A DNA stretch of 64,000 bases from an uncultured Sutterella sp. (lineage in GTDB: Bacteria; Pseudomonadota; Gammaproteobacteria; Burkholderiales; Burkholderiaceae_F): the NCBI GenBank assembly GCA_900552545.1, contig USAL01000001.1:1575-65574 (forward strand), in the 5' to 3' direction. Below are positions 43,377-53,333 of this stretch, piece after piece. Within the stretch, counting starts at the first letter, position 1; the number at the start of each line of letters is the position of its first letter. Made by a program: the position numbers and the translations under genes. A model generated the notes under the pieces. It saw only the letters and a list, made by a program, of their open reading frames with translations. It was not told the DNA's origin and searched no databases.

Positions 43377-44855
43377 TTAGGAATCCTTTTTGTTTTGTAC
43401 GGGCTTTTTGTCGGGCGCGGCGCTCTTGGCGTGCTCGCTGACGGACGTTGAGGACGTCGAGGGCTTTGCGGATTGCGCGGCAGCCTGGGGCTTCACGGCT
43501 TTAGCAACCTCCTCGTGCGCAGCGTTTTGCGCCGGCTTCTGCGTCTTTTGTTCAGCCTTTTTGTCCTCGGGGGCGGCGGCGCTCGTGACCGTCTTCTTCT
43601 GCTCGTCGGCTGGCTTCATGCGCAGCCGCACCGAATCGACGAAGCGGCTCAGGAAGCTTCCCGGTCCCACGTCGTGCATGGCAACGAGCGTGAAGTCCGC
43701 CACGGGCTTGTTGCGAAAGTACACGTGCAGCGTTCCCATCGGATCGCCCTTTGAGACGGGCGCGATGGCGGGCGCCATGTATTCGAACGTGGTCGAAAAG
43801 CCGCCGGTGCCGCGTGCGACGATGTCCTGCCGGCGCACCGTCACCCAGAGGGGCTTGTCACTGCCGACGGCAAGCTCGTCGCGGTTGCCCGTGAGAATGT
43901 CGATCTTCTTGATCGTGGTGTCGGCTTCAAAAAGCCGGATCGTTTCAAATTCAAGCCGCCCGAAGCGCAGGAGCGCCAGCATGTCGTTCGTCGACAAATC
44001 GGCGTTGCGCCCGCCGATCAGGACCGAAAAGATGTCGCGGGCAACGGCGCCCTCGCTGTTTGCGGCCGGCCGATGCCAGCTGCTCACAAGATCGGTGTTT
44101 TCTGCGTTGCCCATGACGCCGTTGATGCCCTCGCCCTTCCAGAGCATGAGGTTGCGGTTTCGCTGGGTATGATTGGTAAAGGCAAATTCGCGCTGCGAGA
44201 ACCAGGCGTAGGCCTCGGGGTGGCGTTTGTAGAGCGTCATGGCAAGCGTTGCCAGGTCGCGCGCCGTGGTCTGCTGCTCGCGGGCGTCGATGGGGGAGAC
44301 GAACTTTGAGTGCCGCATGCCGATTGCGCGGGCGGCTTCGTTCATTTTGTCGGCAAACGCCTCGGGGCTGCCCGCGAGGTGGTCGGCAACGGCAAGCGCG
44401 GCGTCTTCAGCGGCGACGACGGCAATGACGTTTAAAAGCGTCTTCAAGGGCGTCTTTTCGCCCGCAACGAGATACAGCCGCCGGGCGCTCAAGGGCCGCA
44501 GGCTGTCGCGCGCGCTGATCGTGACGGGCTCATCGCGCCGCGAGGCGTCGCCGCCGATCATTTCAAGCGCCGTATAAAGCGTCATCAACTGCACGAGGTC
44601 GCCCGGGTTGACGGGGAGGTCGGCGTTGTGGCTGCCCATGACGAAGCCGCTCGCACCGTCGACGACGATCCAGGCGCGGGCTTCGGAGTTGAGGACAGGA
44701 AGTTTCGGGGCGGCGGCCTGCGCCGCGGCGCTGCCTGATAGTTGCGGCAGTGCACCGGCAGGAAGCGCAGTCAGGGCCGAAGACAGAAGCACCGGCCCCA
44801 CGACGAGCATGAACGCCGCCAAGAGGGTGTTTCTTAATTTGAGAAAAAAGCGCAT
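43377..44855 (-). CDS. D-Ala-D-Ala carboxypeptidase (PBP5/DacC)-like protein, catalytic motifs degenerate
   Basis: Signal peptide, Peptidase_S11-like segments (ARAWIVVDGASG, FADKMNEAARAIGM, TTARDLA, QRNRNLML), PBP5_C (APVSKGDPMG), amphipathic FLSRFVD; syntenic upstream of ybeD-lipB. Confidence 0.85.
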   Translation of the reverse strand: MRFFLKLRNTLLAAFMLVVGPVLLSSALTALPAGALPQLSGSAAAQAAAPKLPVLNSEARAWIVVDGASGFVMGSHNADLPVNPGDLVQLMTLYTALEMIGGDASRRDEPVTISARDSLRPLSARRLYLVAGEKTPLKTLLNVIAVVAAEDAALAVADHLAGSPEAFADKMNEAARAIGMRHSKFVSPIDAREQQTTARDLATLAMTLYKRHPEAYAWFSQREFAFTNHTQRNRNLMLWKGEGINGVMGNAENTDLVSSWHRPAANSEGAVARDIFSVLIGGRNADLSTNDMLALLRFGRLEFETIRLFEADTTIKKIDILTGNRDELAVGSDKPLWVTVRRQDIVARGTGGFSTTFEYMAPAIAPVSKGDPMGTLHVYFRNKPVADFTLVAMHDVGPGSFLSRFVDSVRLRMKPADEQKKTVTSAAAPEDKKAEQKTQKPAQNAAHEEVAKAVKPQAAAQSAKPSTSSTSVSEHAKSAAPDKKPVQNKKDS

Positions 44856-44960
44856 GGCGCTAATTGTACAAAAGCCGCATGGCGCGCCCCGCGCGAAGGC
44901 AGGCGCCTTTGCGGCTGCTTCGAGGGGCGCCGGCAAAAGGCAGGGTGATGCCGAAAAAGG

Positions 44961-45590
44961 CTAGATGAGCGCCACGAACTGCGAGATGACGCGCTCGAGC
45001 ATCGGAAGCTTTCCGGAAAACGCGTGGTTGGCGCCCGGAATGACGGTGATGGGAAGGCTCGCGGCGCGCGCCCAGGCAAGGGCGTCGGAAAGGGGCACCG
45101 TTTCGTCTTCTTCGCCGTGCACGACGAAGACGGGCGCCTCGGGCGGCACGATTTCAAAGCGGCTCACGGCCGGGCCTGCGAAGATGAAGGCGGCCGGGCG
45201 GCGGATTTCGCCCGCAAGCGAAGTCACGTAGGTTCCGAACGAAAAGCCCCCGAAGATGACGCGCCCGCCTGCGGGCAGCAGTTCATTGATGCCGCGGATT
45301 TCAAAGACGGCGTCGATCACGCGCAGAAAGTCCTCGACTTCGCCCATGCCCGCTTCGTAGTGGCCGCTGCTTGCGCCCGCGCCGCGCAGGTTGGGGCGCA
45401 CGGCGATGTAGCCCGCGTTCGTAAGGCACCGCGAAAGGATGTGGATCACCTTGTGATCCTTGTTGCCGCCGCGGATCGTGATCGGGTGTGCTAGAAAGGC
45501 AATGCCGCGCGTGCACGCGTCGGGAATATCCAGGCTCGTCTCAATGATTCCCGCCGGACCGTCGATTCTGATCGTGTGCGTCTGCGCCAT
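44961..45590 (-). CDS. Alpha/beta hydrolase
   Basis: GPAGIIE, AHP..GG, NLRGAGASSG, nucleophile GFSFG, VHGEEDETVP, PGANHAF. Confidence 0.9.
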   Translation of the reverse strand: MAQTHTIRIDGPAGIIETSLDIPDACTRGIAFLAHPITIRGGNKDHKVIHILSRCLTNAGYIAVRPNLRGAGASSGHYEAGMGEVEDFLRVIDAVFEIRGINELLPAGGRVIFGGFSFGTYVTSLAGEIRRPAAFIFAGPAVSRFEIVPPEAPVFVVHGEEDETVPLSDALAWARAASLPITVIPGANHAFSGKLPMLERVISQFVALI

Positions 45591-45698
45591 TTTCTTTTTC
45601 CAACAAGTCGAAAAAACAGTTGAACAATGCAAGGCGCAAATTTTAATCACCCCATGCGCGCGAAGGCCGAAGAGCGGGCGCCGGAAAGGCCACGGGAA

Positions 45699-46535
45699 AT
45701 GGCGCAGGAAGTTGGAAATATTGAGTTGGAAAAGGCGCTTGAGGAGCTTCTTGCCGACGCGTCCTTTGACTGCGTGCGCTGGGTGAAGATGACGACGAGC
45801 ACGCAGGATCTCGCGCGCTCGCTCGTGCGCATGAGCGAAGCGCCCGTTACGGCCGTGCACGTGGCCGATGGACAGAGCGCAGGCCGCGGCACGCACGGGC
45901 GCCGCTGGCGGGGTGCCCAGGGGACGCTTATGCTCACCATCACCGCGCCGCTTGCGGTTCCGTTGGAGGAGTGCTCGGGCCTGGCGCCGGCCGTGGGAAT
46001 CGCGGCCGCCCGGGCGCTTCGAAGCGCCAATTCCGGCGTCGGCGTGAAGTGGCCCAACGATCTGTGGCTTGCGGACGGAAAGCTTGCCGGGATTCTTTGC
46101 GAGACGTGTCGGGACAAAGCCGGAGGGCTTCATGTGGCCGCCGGCATCGGCGTTAATATAGCGCTGGACTCCGAAGTGTCGGCAGCGCTCGCCGCAGGCG
46201 GCTGCCGGGCTTCGGCGCTGTTTTCTCAGGCTGCGGATTCCTTATCGGATTCCGTACTGGCCGAGAAGCGGCTCTCGCTTGCCGCGCTTCTGGCAAGGAC
46301 GGTTGCGGGCGTCATCAGCGAATTTTCGCCGACGCTGCGCGCGGAGCTTTTTTCGCATTGGCCCGCGTACGACGCTTTTGCCGGACGTCGGGTGCGGGTC
46401 TTTGCCGCAGAGGGCGGCACGCAGACCGATCTTGCGGTGGGCGTTGACTGCGGCATCAGCCCGGCGGGCGAGCTCATCATCGAGACCGACGACGGGCGCA
46501 GGCGCTTTGCAACGGGGTCGCTGCGGCCGCTTTAG
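45699..46535 (+). CDS. birA: Biotin-protein ligase (no N-terminal HTH)
   Basis: TSTQ, QSAGRG..GRRW, VKWPND, KLAGILCE, GIGVN. Confidence 0.92.
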   Translation: MAQEVGNIELEKALEELLADASFDCVRWVKMTTSTQDLARSLVRMSEAPVTAVHVADGQSAGRGTHGRRWRGAQGTLMLTITAPLAVPLEECSGLAPAVGIAAARALRSANSGVGVKWPNDLWLADGKLAGILCETCRDKAGGLHVAAGIGVNIALDSEVSAALAAGGCRASALFSQAADSLSDSVLAEKRLSLAALLARTVAGVISEFSPTLRAELFSHWPAYDAFAGRRVRVFAAEGGTQTDLAVGVDCGISPAGELIIETDDGRRRFATGSLRPL

Positions 46536-46572
46536 AGACGAAACGACATTCACAGGAAGGCTTGGACAACAA

Positions 46573-47346
46573 GTGACGGTCATTTTGCTTGACTTGGGTA
46601 ATACGGCGCTCAAATGGGCGCCGTTGGGCGAGGATGAGAATCCGCGCACGTTCGTGCACGGCGGCTCCGATGTTCTGCCCGAGGAGGTTTTCGATGAATG
46701 GCTTGCGCTCAACCCCGAGCGCGTCATCGGCTGCATGGTTTCAAGTGAAAACCTGGCCTTGACGCTCACCAAGTTCTTCAACGAGCATCGCATCAGCTGG
46801 GAGTGGATGCACTCGCAGCCCGTCTTTAAGGGGCCCTTTACGCTGCGCAACGGCTACGACGACTTCAAGCAGTTGGGAAGCGACCGTTGGTATGCGGCTA
46901 TCGGCGCGGCCTCTCTCTACCCGGGCGAGGCCCTGGTCGTGATGCACGCGGGTACGGCAACGACGATCGATACGGTGCTGCCGTGCGAGGACGGCGCGCT
47001 TGAATTCAAGGGCGGGCGGATTCTGCCCGGGCCCGTGATGATGTACCGCTCGCTTGTGAAGAACACCCGCTGCCGGCCTTTGGGCATCGGGCGGCATGCG
47101 CTTTTTCCAAGCAACACGACGGACGCCATTTCTAGCGGCATTCTTGAGGCGCACCTTGGCGTCATCGACCGCGCGCTTGAAGCGGTGCGTCGTGCGGGCT
47201 TTGAAGGGCGGCTCGTGTTTGCGGGCGGCGCGGCGCCGCTTCTGGCGTCCTTCGTGGAGCAGAAGTTTCCGGGCGCCGTTCTCAAGCACAACCTGGTGCT
47301 GCGCGGGCTCGGGATGTTTGCAAGCCACGTGAAATCCGAGGGCTGA
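46573..47346 (+). CDS. coaX: Type III pantothenate kinase
   Basis: LLDLGNTALKW, LGSDRW, AGTATTID, GGRILPG, NLVLRGL; GTG start. Confidence 0.92.
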   Translation: MTVILLDLGNTALKWAPLGEDENPRTFVHGGSDVLPEEVFDEWLALNPERVIGCMVSSENLALTLTKFFNEHRISWEWMHSQPVFKGPFTLRNGYDDFKQLGSDRWYAAIGAASLYPGEALVVMHAGTATTIDTVLPCEDGALEFKGGRILPGPVMMYRSLVKNTRCRPLGIGRHALFPSNTTDAISSGILEAHLGVIDRALEAVRRAGFEGRLVFAGGAAPLLASFVEQKFPGAVLKHNLVLRGLGMFASHVKSEG

Positions 47347-47402
47347 CGAGAGCTGACATTTGCGCCCGCAAACCTTACCTTTTTCCTTCGCGTTCTTGAG
47401 CC

Positions 47403-48089
47403 ATGCGTTTATTTCTGAACCTTGTTCTGGCAGTGTGCATCGCCGCAGGCATTGCGGTGATCTACATTGACGCGAGCAAGCCCGCGGCCGACGTCGTCAC
47501 CAACACCGGCGTGCCGCTGCGGGTGAACATGATGAGCAAGGAAAAGCTGCGAGAGGATCTCTCGGGCGGCCTGCAGGAGGCGCTCTCGGCGGTGGAGATC
47601 GCAGGGGGCGAGGTGCCGGACGCCACCTGCTTCGTGTGGGGGCCCTTTAAGGCGAAGTCGCTGCGAACGCTTGAGCCCGTGCTTCAGAATGCGAAGCTTC
47701 TTCAGAAGATGGAGATTTCAGACCGTTTTCTGCCCGAGCGCTACATCGTCTATCTCGGGCCCTACGTCAACAAGGTGGCGGCGATTGCCTTCGTGAAGCA
47801 GTTCCGGCAGCAGGGCTTCAAGCACGTGCGCGCCATCGTGCAGGGCGACCTTGCCTACGGCGTTGAGATCGAGGCCTTCAAGACGCGTGAAGAGGCGCAG
47901 GAGTACCTTGATTCCGGCAAGGCGCCGGAGGTGCAGGGGCTTCGCGTCACGAACCGCCTGGGCGAGCCGTCCAACGAAGTGGACCTTATCTTTCGCGCGC
48001 TCACAAGCGACGAGCGCTCGCGGCTTTTTTCCGTCTGGAAGGAAAATCCCGGCACCAAGCTCAAAAGCTGCAGTTTCTTCGGTTACTAG
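47403..48089 (+). CDS. SPOR-domain membrane-anchored protein
   Basis: N-terminal TM, CFVWGPF, YIVYLGPY; usual position after birA-coaX. Confidence 0.7.
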   Translation: MRLFLNLVLAVCIAAGIAVIYIDASKPAADVVTNTGVPLRVNMMSKEKLREDLSGGLQEALSAVEIAGGEVPDATCFVWGPFKAKSLRTLEPVLQNAKLLQKMEISDRFLPERYIVYLGPYVNKVAAIAFVKQFRQQGFKHVRAIVQGDLAYGVEIEAFKTREEAQEYLDSGKAPEVQGLRVTNRLGEPSNEVDLIFRALTSDERSRLFSVWKENPGTKLKSCSFFGY

Positions 48090-48115
48090 TGCGTCCTATT
48101 GAAAGGACATCCATA

Positions 48116-48180
48116 AAACAAGGCCGCGCCCGCAGGGCCGTTGCTTGGAACTTTGGCAACGGATGCGGCGCGGCTTTTTT
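48116..48180. terminator. Bidirectional hairpin between SPOR and HIT genes
   Basis: GGCCGCGCC-CGCA..CCGTTGC / GCAACGG-ATGC-GGCGCGGCTTTTTT. Confidence 0.55.
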
Positions 48181-48223
48181 GTCGACAAAAAGTGACTTTT
48201 GCGCGTGATTTCAAGCGCTCTTT

Positions 48224-48709
48224 TTACTGCATCGTCGGCGATGCGGCAGAGCGGCGCGAGGCCTTGTAGCTTGAGTTCTTGAGCGCGGCGTCGTAGAGCG
48301 CGGGCAGTTCCCTCACGAGCATGGCCGCGGCCGCCCGGCGGGCTTCAAGGACCTCGGGGGCGGGCAGCGGCTGCGTCTGGGCCGACCAGATCGAATTAGG
48401 AAAGAACGGGTCGTCCTTCCAGCGGGCGATGATGTGCCAGTGCACGTGCGGCACCATGTTCCCGAGGCTTGCGAGATTGACCTTGTCGGGGTTCATGATG
48501 CGGCGCAAGGCCTTTTCGGTCGTGAGAACGAGCGCCATGATCGCCGCGGCCTCGACGTTGGACATGTCGGTCATTTCGGCGACATGGTCGACGGCGATGA
48601 TGCGGATGAATCCCGGGTTCATCTCGTCGGAGGCGTCGATCGCGTAGGCGATCTCGTTGCGCCAGAATTCGCGCGGGTGGCGCGTGCAGCACAGTTCACA
48701 GTTTTGCAT
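48224..48709 (-). CDS. HIT family protein
   Basis: CELC, PDKVNLASLGNMVPHVHWH. Confidence 0.92.
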   Translation of the reverse strand: MQNCELCCTRHPREFWRNEIAYAIDASDEMNPGFIRIIAVDHVAEMTDMSNVEAAAIMALVLTTEKALRRIMNPDKVNLASLGNMVPHVHWHIIARWKDDPFFPNSIWSAQTQPLPAPEVLEARRAAAAMLVRELPALYDAALKNSSYKASRRSAASPTMQ

Positions 48710-48754
48710 TGTGCGTGAGCCTTCTTTTTGGTGTATTTCGTGTCGTTTTAACGA

Positions 48755-51700
48755 TCAGACCAGAACCTTCTCGATGCCGCCCTCGTCGACGGCCTGCTCG
48801 ACGAAGGTGGAAAGCCAATGGTCGCCCAAGCGCATGTGCGCCATCTCCACGACGAGGAATTCGGCCTTGGTGCCCGAAGTCTCGTTGTAGCGGCTCAAGC
48901 CCTGCAGACACCCCGGGCAGGCCGTGAGGATCTTGACGCGGCCGTAAAAGCCCCCGTCGCTTACGCGTGCCTTGTTCTTGAGGATGTCCTCCTCCTTCTT
49001 GAAGCGCACCTGCGTGGCGATGTCCGGACGCCCCACGGCAAACGTGCCCGATTCGCCGCAGCAGCGCTCGGTGAGAAGCACCTTCGAGCCGTCGGCGGGG
49101 TGAATAAGATCGTTGACGGTTTTCACCGGTGCGGGCGCCGCAAAGGGCGTGTGGCAGGGATCGTGGTAGAGGTAGCGCACGTTGTCCTCGCCCTGAACCG
49201 AGATGCCCTTTTCGTGCAGGAAGTCGTGAATGTCCATCAGACGGCACCCCGGGAAGATCTCCTCGAAGTGATAGTCCTTGAGCTGCTTCATGCAGGTGCC
49301 GCAGGACACGAGCACGGTCTTGATGTCGAGATAGTTGAGCGTGTTGGCCAGACGGTGAAAGAGCACGCGGTTGTTGGTGACGATCTGCTCGGCCAACGCA
49401 TGGTTGCCCGCGCCGCGCTGCGGATAGCCGCAGCACAGGAACTTCGGCGGCAGCACGGTCTGTACGCCGATGTCGTAGAGCATGGCAAGCGTGGCAAGTC
49501 CCACTTCGGGGTACAGGCGCTCGTTGCCGCAGCCCGGGAAGTAGAACACCGCCTCGGCGTCCACCGCCGAGGGTTTTCTGATGATGGGCGCGGTGGTCGG
49601 GTCGTTCAACTCAAGCACGGCGCGCAGGGTCTTGGGCAACCGGGGCTTGGGGAGCTTGCGGTTGACCATTGTGATCGCCTGCTCGACAACGCCTGGGCGT
49701 CCCGTCGTATTCTTCGGGTGCTGCAGCGTCGTCTTTGCCACGGGCGAGAGCAGGTCGCTGGCGAGCCGCTGCGCTTTGAAGCCCCACTGCACGAGCCCCT
49801 TGCGGGCGAGCTCGACGCCGTTGTTGCTCGAGATCTCCAAGAACTTCATGCCTGCCTTCTTCGCGATCGGATCGTGGTGGCAGTTCATGCGCTCGAGGAA
49901 GTTGCGAATGAGGATCGTCACCTCGCCGAAATTGATCTTCACCGGGCAGGGGTTGAGGCACTTCATGCACAGCGTGCAGTGCTCGCCGAGATCCTCGAAT
50001 TCCTTGAGGTGCAGTTTTGAGAGGCCGCGGCGGGTCTGGCTTTCGTAGAGAATCGATTCGATCAGCAGACTCGTGGCGATGATCTTGTTGCGCGGCGAAT
50101 AGAGCAGGCTCGCGCGCGGCACGTGCGTCGTGCACTTTGACTTGCACTTGCCGCAGCGCAGGCAGTTCTTGATGGCGTCGCTGATCAGCTTGAGCTGGCT
50201 TTGCTGCATGATGAGCGATTCGCTGCCGAGCAGGTTGAAGCTCGGCGTGTAGATGCGCCGCAGGTTGATGTCGGGCTCAAGCTTGCCGCGGTTGAAGACC
50301 CGGGCCGGATCGACCGTGTGCACGTACTCGAGGTAGTCGTCAAGAAGCGCACGATCAAGGAACCCGATCTTGGTGAGCCCAATTCCGTGCTCGCCGCTGA
50401 TGGCGCCGCCCAGCTTGGAGGCGGTCTTCATCACCATTTCCACGGCCTCGATGCCCTTTTGCATCATGGCATAGTTGTCGGAATTAAGCGGAATATTGGT
50501 GTGCACGTTGCCGTCGCCCGCGTGCATGTGAAGCGCAATGAAGACGCGCCCGCGCAGCACGCGGTTGTGAATGGCGTCGATTTCTGCGCGCACCTTCTCA
50601 AAGACGTCGCCCGAGAAGATGTGAAAGAGTTCGCTTCGGACTTCCTTTTTCCAGGAAATGCGCAGCACGCGGTCGTAGACGGGCTCAAAGAGCGTGCCCT
50701 CGGCATATTTCCCGAAGTCCTTTTCGGGCAGAGCGAGGCCGAGCTCGTGCAGCTTCTCTGCAGCCTCGGCAAAGCGCGTGTCTAGGTTTTCGAGAACGTA
50801 CGTCCAGCGTGCGCGCACGGCCGCAAGGATCTTCTTGGCCGCCGGCACCGATTCGGCCAGAAGCGTTTCCTTGGCAACGCCCGCGGTCATCGTGGGCTTG
50901 CCGAGCGAGATGTAGCCCGAGAAGTACTTCTCGAGCTCGTCGACCATGGCGATCTTGTTTTCAATCGAGCAGCGGATGTTGAAGCGCTCGCAGGCAAGCG
51001 TGTAGTCGCCGATTTTGTCGAGCGGAATCACCACGTCTTCGTTGAGCTTGAAGGCGTTGGTGTGCGCGCTGATGGCCGCGGTGCGGCTGCGCTCGTGCCA
51101 GAAGCGGAAGCGCTCTTCGTCGGTGCGGGCGATGAAGCCCTCGCAGTCCGAGGTGCTCTGGCAGATCGAGACCACCTTCTGCGTGACGCGCTCAAGGGCC
51201 TCCTCGTCGTCGCTGACGATGTCGCCCACGAGCACCATCTTGGGGTAGGCATCGCGCGAGCTCTTTACCGGATAGTTGACGGCGTGCAGATAGCGGTCGT
51301 CGAGGTGCTCAAGGCCCGCGAGCATGCAGCTCTCGGGGTGCGAATCAAGAAACTGCGTGATCTGAACGATCGCGGGGCCGGCAAGCTTTGCCGCGCCGAA
51401 GAATTCAAGGCACACCGTGCGCGTATGCGCGGGCATCTTGTGAAGAATCCAGGTGGCCGACGTGATGAAGCCGTCGGTGCCTTCCTTCTGCACGGCGGGA
51501 AGGCCCCCGAGAAACTTGTTGGTGACGTCTTTCCCAATCCCCTTCTTGCGGAAGATCTTCCCGGGCATGGAAAGCTCGCGCGTGCTCAGGACGCGCGCAC
51601 TTGCCGGATCGGGGTTCTTGCCGTCCTTGACGGTGAGCTTCCAGAGAACCGTCTCCTGCTTGTGGATCTTTTCGAGGTTGTGGTTGACGCGCTCGACCTC

Positions 51701-52693
51701 TAGCCAGTTGCCGTCGGCCGTGACCATGCGGTAGCTCGCGAGGTTGTCGACTGCCGTGCCCCAGAGCACGGCCTTCTTGCCGCCCGAGTTTTCGGCGATG
51801 GTGCCGCCGATCGGGGAGCTGTCGGCGCTTGCCGGGTCAACGGAAAAGACGTAGCCGTCGGCGGCCGCGGCTTCGGTGACGCGGCGCGTGACGGCGCCCG
51901 CGCCCGTGTGAATGACGGGCACGCGCTCATCGACCCCCGGGAGCTGCGCCAGGAATGCGCGCCCGATGTGGTCGAGCTTTTCGGTGTTGATCACCGCCGT
52001 CATCTCGCTCATCGGCACGGCGCCGCCCGTGTAGCCGGTGCCGCCGCCGCGCGGCGTGATCACAAGGCCCAGAGCAACGCAGGCGCGCACGAGCGCGGGG
52101 ATTTCCGACTCGCTGTCAGGGGTCACCACCACGCAGGGGTATTCGATGCGAAGGTCGGTCGCGTCGGTGACGTGCGCCGCGCGCATGAAGGGGTCAAAGC
52201 GGATGTTGTCTTCGCGCGTGCAGTGCTTGAGCGCCTTGAGGATGCGCGAGCGCAGCGCCTTGATGCGCCCGAAGCTCGTTTCGAACTTGCGCACGGCCTT
52301 GTAGGCCATGCTGATCAGCTGCACCACCTTGGCGTCGCGCTCGGGATGCTGCGGGTCGCGGCGCTTGTCGATTTCCTTGATGCGGTGCTCGAGCGCTTCG
52401 AGAAGAAGCTTTCGGCGCTCGACGTTTTCCAGAAGGTCTTCCTGCAGATACGGGTTGCGGTACACGACCCAGATGTCGCCCAGCACCTCGTAGAGCATGC
52501 GCGAGCTTCGGCCCGTGCGGCGCTCGCCGCGCAGCTCGGTCAGAAGCTGCCAGGCCTTTTCGCCCAGAAGCCGGATCACGATCTCGCGGTCCGAGTACGA
52601 GGTGTAGTTGTAGGGAATTTCGCGAATGCGGGCGGCGGCGTCGGCCGGCTTTGCGGGGGCTGCAGCGCCCGCCGGGTTCTGGATGCTGTCCAT
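48755..52693 (-). CDS. FAD-linked oxidase / Fe-S oxidoreductase (GlcD-GlcF-like fusion, DUF3683/DUF3400 type)
   Basis: [63 protein letters not shown] domains. Confidence 0.9.
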   Translation of the reverse strand: MDSIQNPAGAAAPAKPADAAARIREIPYNYTSYSDREIVIRLLGEKAWQLLTELRGERRTGRSSRMLYEVLGDIWVVYRNPYLQEDLLENVERRKLLLEALEHRIKEIDKRRDPQHPERDAKVVQLISMAYKAVRKFETSFGRIKALRSRILKALKHCTREDNIRFDPFMRAAHVTDATDLRIEYPCVVVTPDSESEIPALVRACVALGLVITPRGGGTGYTGGAVPMSEMTAVINTEKLDHIGRAFLAQLPGVDERVPVIHTGAGAVTRRVTEAAAADGYVFSVDPASADSSPIGGTIAENSGGKKAVLWGTAVDNLASYRMVTADGNWLEVERVNHNLEKIHKQETVLWKLTVKDGKNPDPASARVLSTRELSMPGKIFRKKGIGKDVTNKFLGGLPAVQKEGTDGFITSATWILHKMPAHTRTVCLEFFGAAKLAGPAIVQITQFLDSHPESCMLAGLEHLDDRYLHAVNYPVKSSRDAYPKMVLVGDIVSDDEEALERVTQKVVSICQSTSDCEGFIARTDEERFRFWHERSRTAAISAHTNAFKLNEDVVIPLDKIGDYTLACERFNIRCSIENKIAMVDELEKYFSGYISLGKPTMTAGVAKETLLAESVPAAKKILAAVRARWTYVLENLDTRFAEAAEKLHELGLALPEKDFGKYAEGTLFEPVYDRVLRISWKKEVRSELFHIFSGDVFEKVRAEIDAIHNRVLRGRVFIALHMHAGDGNVHTNIPLNSDNYAMMQKGIEAVEMVMKTASKLGGAISGEHGIGLTKIGFLDRALLDDYLEYVHTVDPARVFNRGKLEPDINLRRIYTPSFNLLGSESLIMQQSQLKLISDAIKNCLRCGKCKSKCTTHVPRASLLYSPRNKIIATSLLIESILYESQTRRGLSKLHLKEFEDLGEHCTLCMKCLNPCPVKINFGEVTILIRNFLERMNCHHDPIAKKAGMKFLEISSNNGVELARKGLVQWGFKAQRLASDLLSPVAKTTLQHPKNTTGRPGVVEQAITMVNRKLPKPRLPKTLRAVLELNDPTTAPIIRKPSAVDAEAVFYFPGCGNERLYPEVGLATLAMLYDIGVQTVLPPKFLCCGYPQRGAGNHALAEQIVTNNRVLFHRLANTLNYLDIKTVLVSCGTCMKQLKDYHFEEIFPGCRLMDIHDFLHEKGISVQGEDNVRYLYHDPCHTPFAAPAPVKTVNDLIHPADGSKVLLTERCCGESGTFAVGRPDIATQVRFKKEEDILKNKARVSDGGFYGRVKILTACPGCLQGLSRYNETSGTKAEFLVVEMAHMRLGDHWLSTFVEQAVDEGGIEKVLV

Positions 52694-53333
52694 GAGCTGA
52701 TGTCTCTACGGGAATGGGGTCCGGTGCGATGACGGCCTTGCGCCTGCGGCTGGCGCAGGGGGCAAGAAGGCAGATCGGCGCGTCAGAGCCGTACATGAAA
52801 ACAGGCGTGGCCGCATTGCTCGACCGGACTGAGATCAGGAGAATTGATGCGCGAAAAAACCGTCCGAATAATCGCCCGTCGCTGCGGGCGGATGTTCGTG
52901 AGAAATCTTTGGCGCAGGGCTCGGAGACCCAAGGTGCGCCGACGCTCTTGATGTTGCGCTTGGCGTTCAATTTCTCAGACTGCCATGGCACATTCTAAAG
53001 TTTCTAAGCCAAAACCCATACTTCGTTTGGGCTAAATCAGCTGTTGTGCAATTAAAGCGCGCGGCCTGCGCCGGCACGGTCATAAAAGGTGCATTGTCCG
53101 ATAGATTAGTAAACTCGCGCGCCGTTTCCCCGCCGCGACTGCACCGGCCTGGTACAGAGCGCAAAGTCCGCAAAAAGCCCGGAAAAACAGGGCTTGGAAC
53201 AGGGCGCAGGAAGACATTCGAATCCCACGGGAAATGGGATTTTCCTTCGATGCGGTGCGCGTGGGTAAAAATCGAAGACGATCGATACAAAAACAACCCG
53301 GCAACGAAAACAACATTAAAGGGAGACAACGTC

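Noticed and set aside
52895..52985. Riboswitch-like hairpin upstream of gltB
   Set aside because: Only loose motif resemblance; cannot be supported without a covariance-model search
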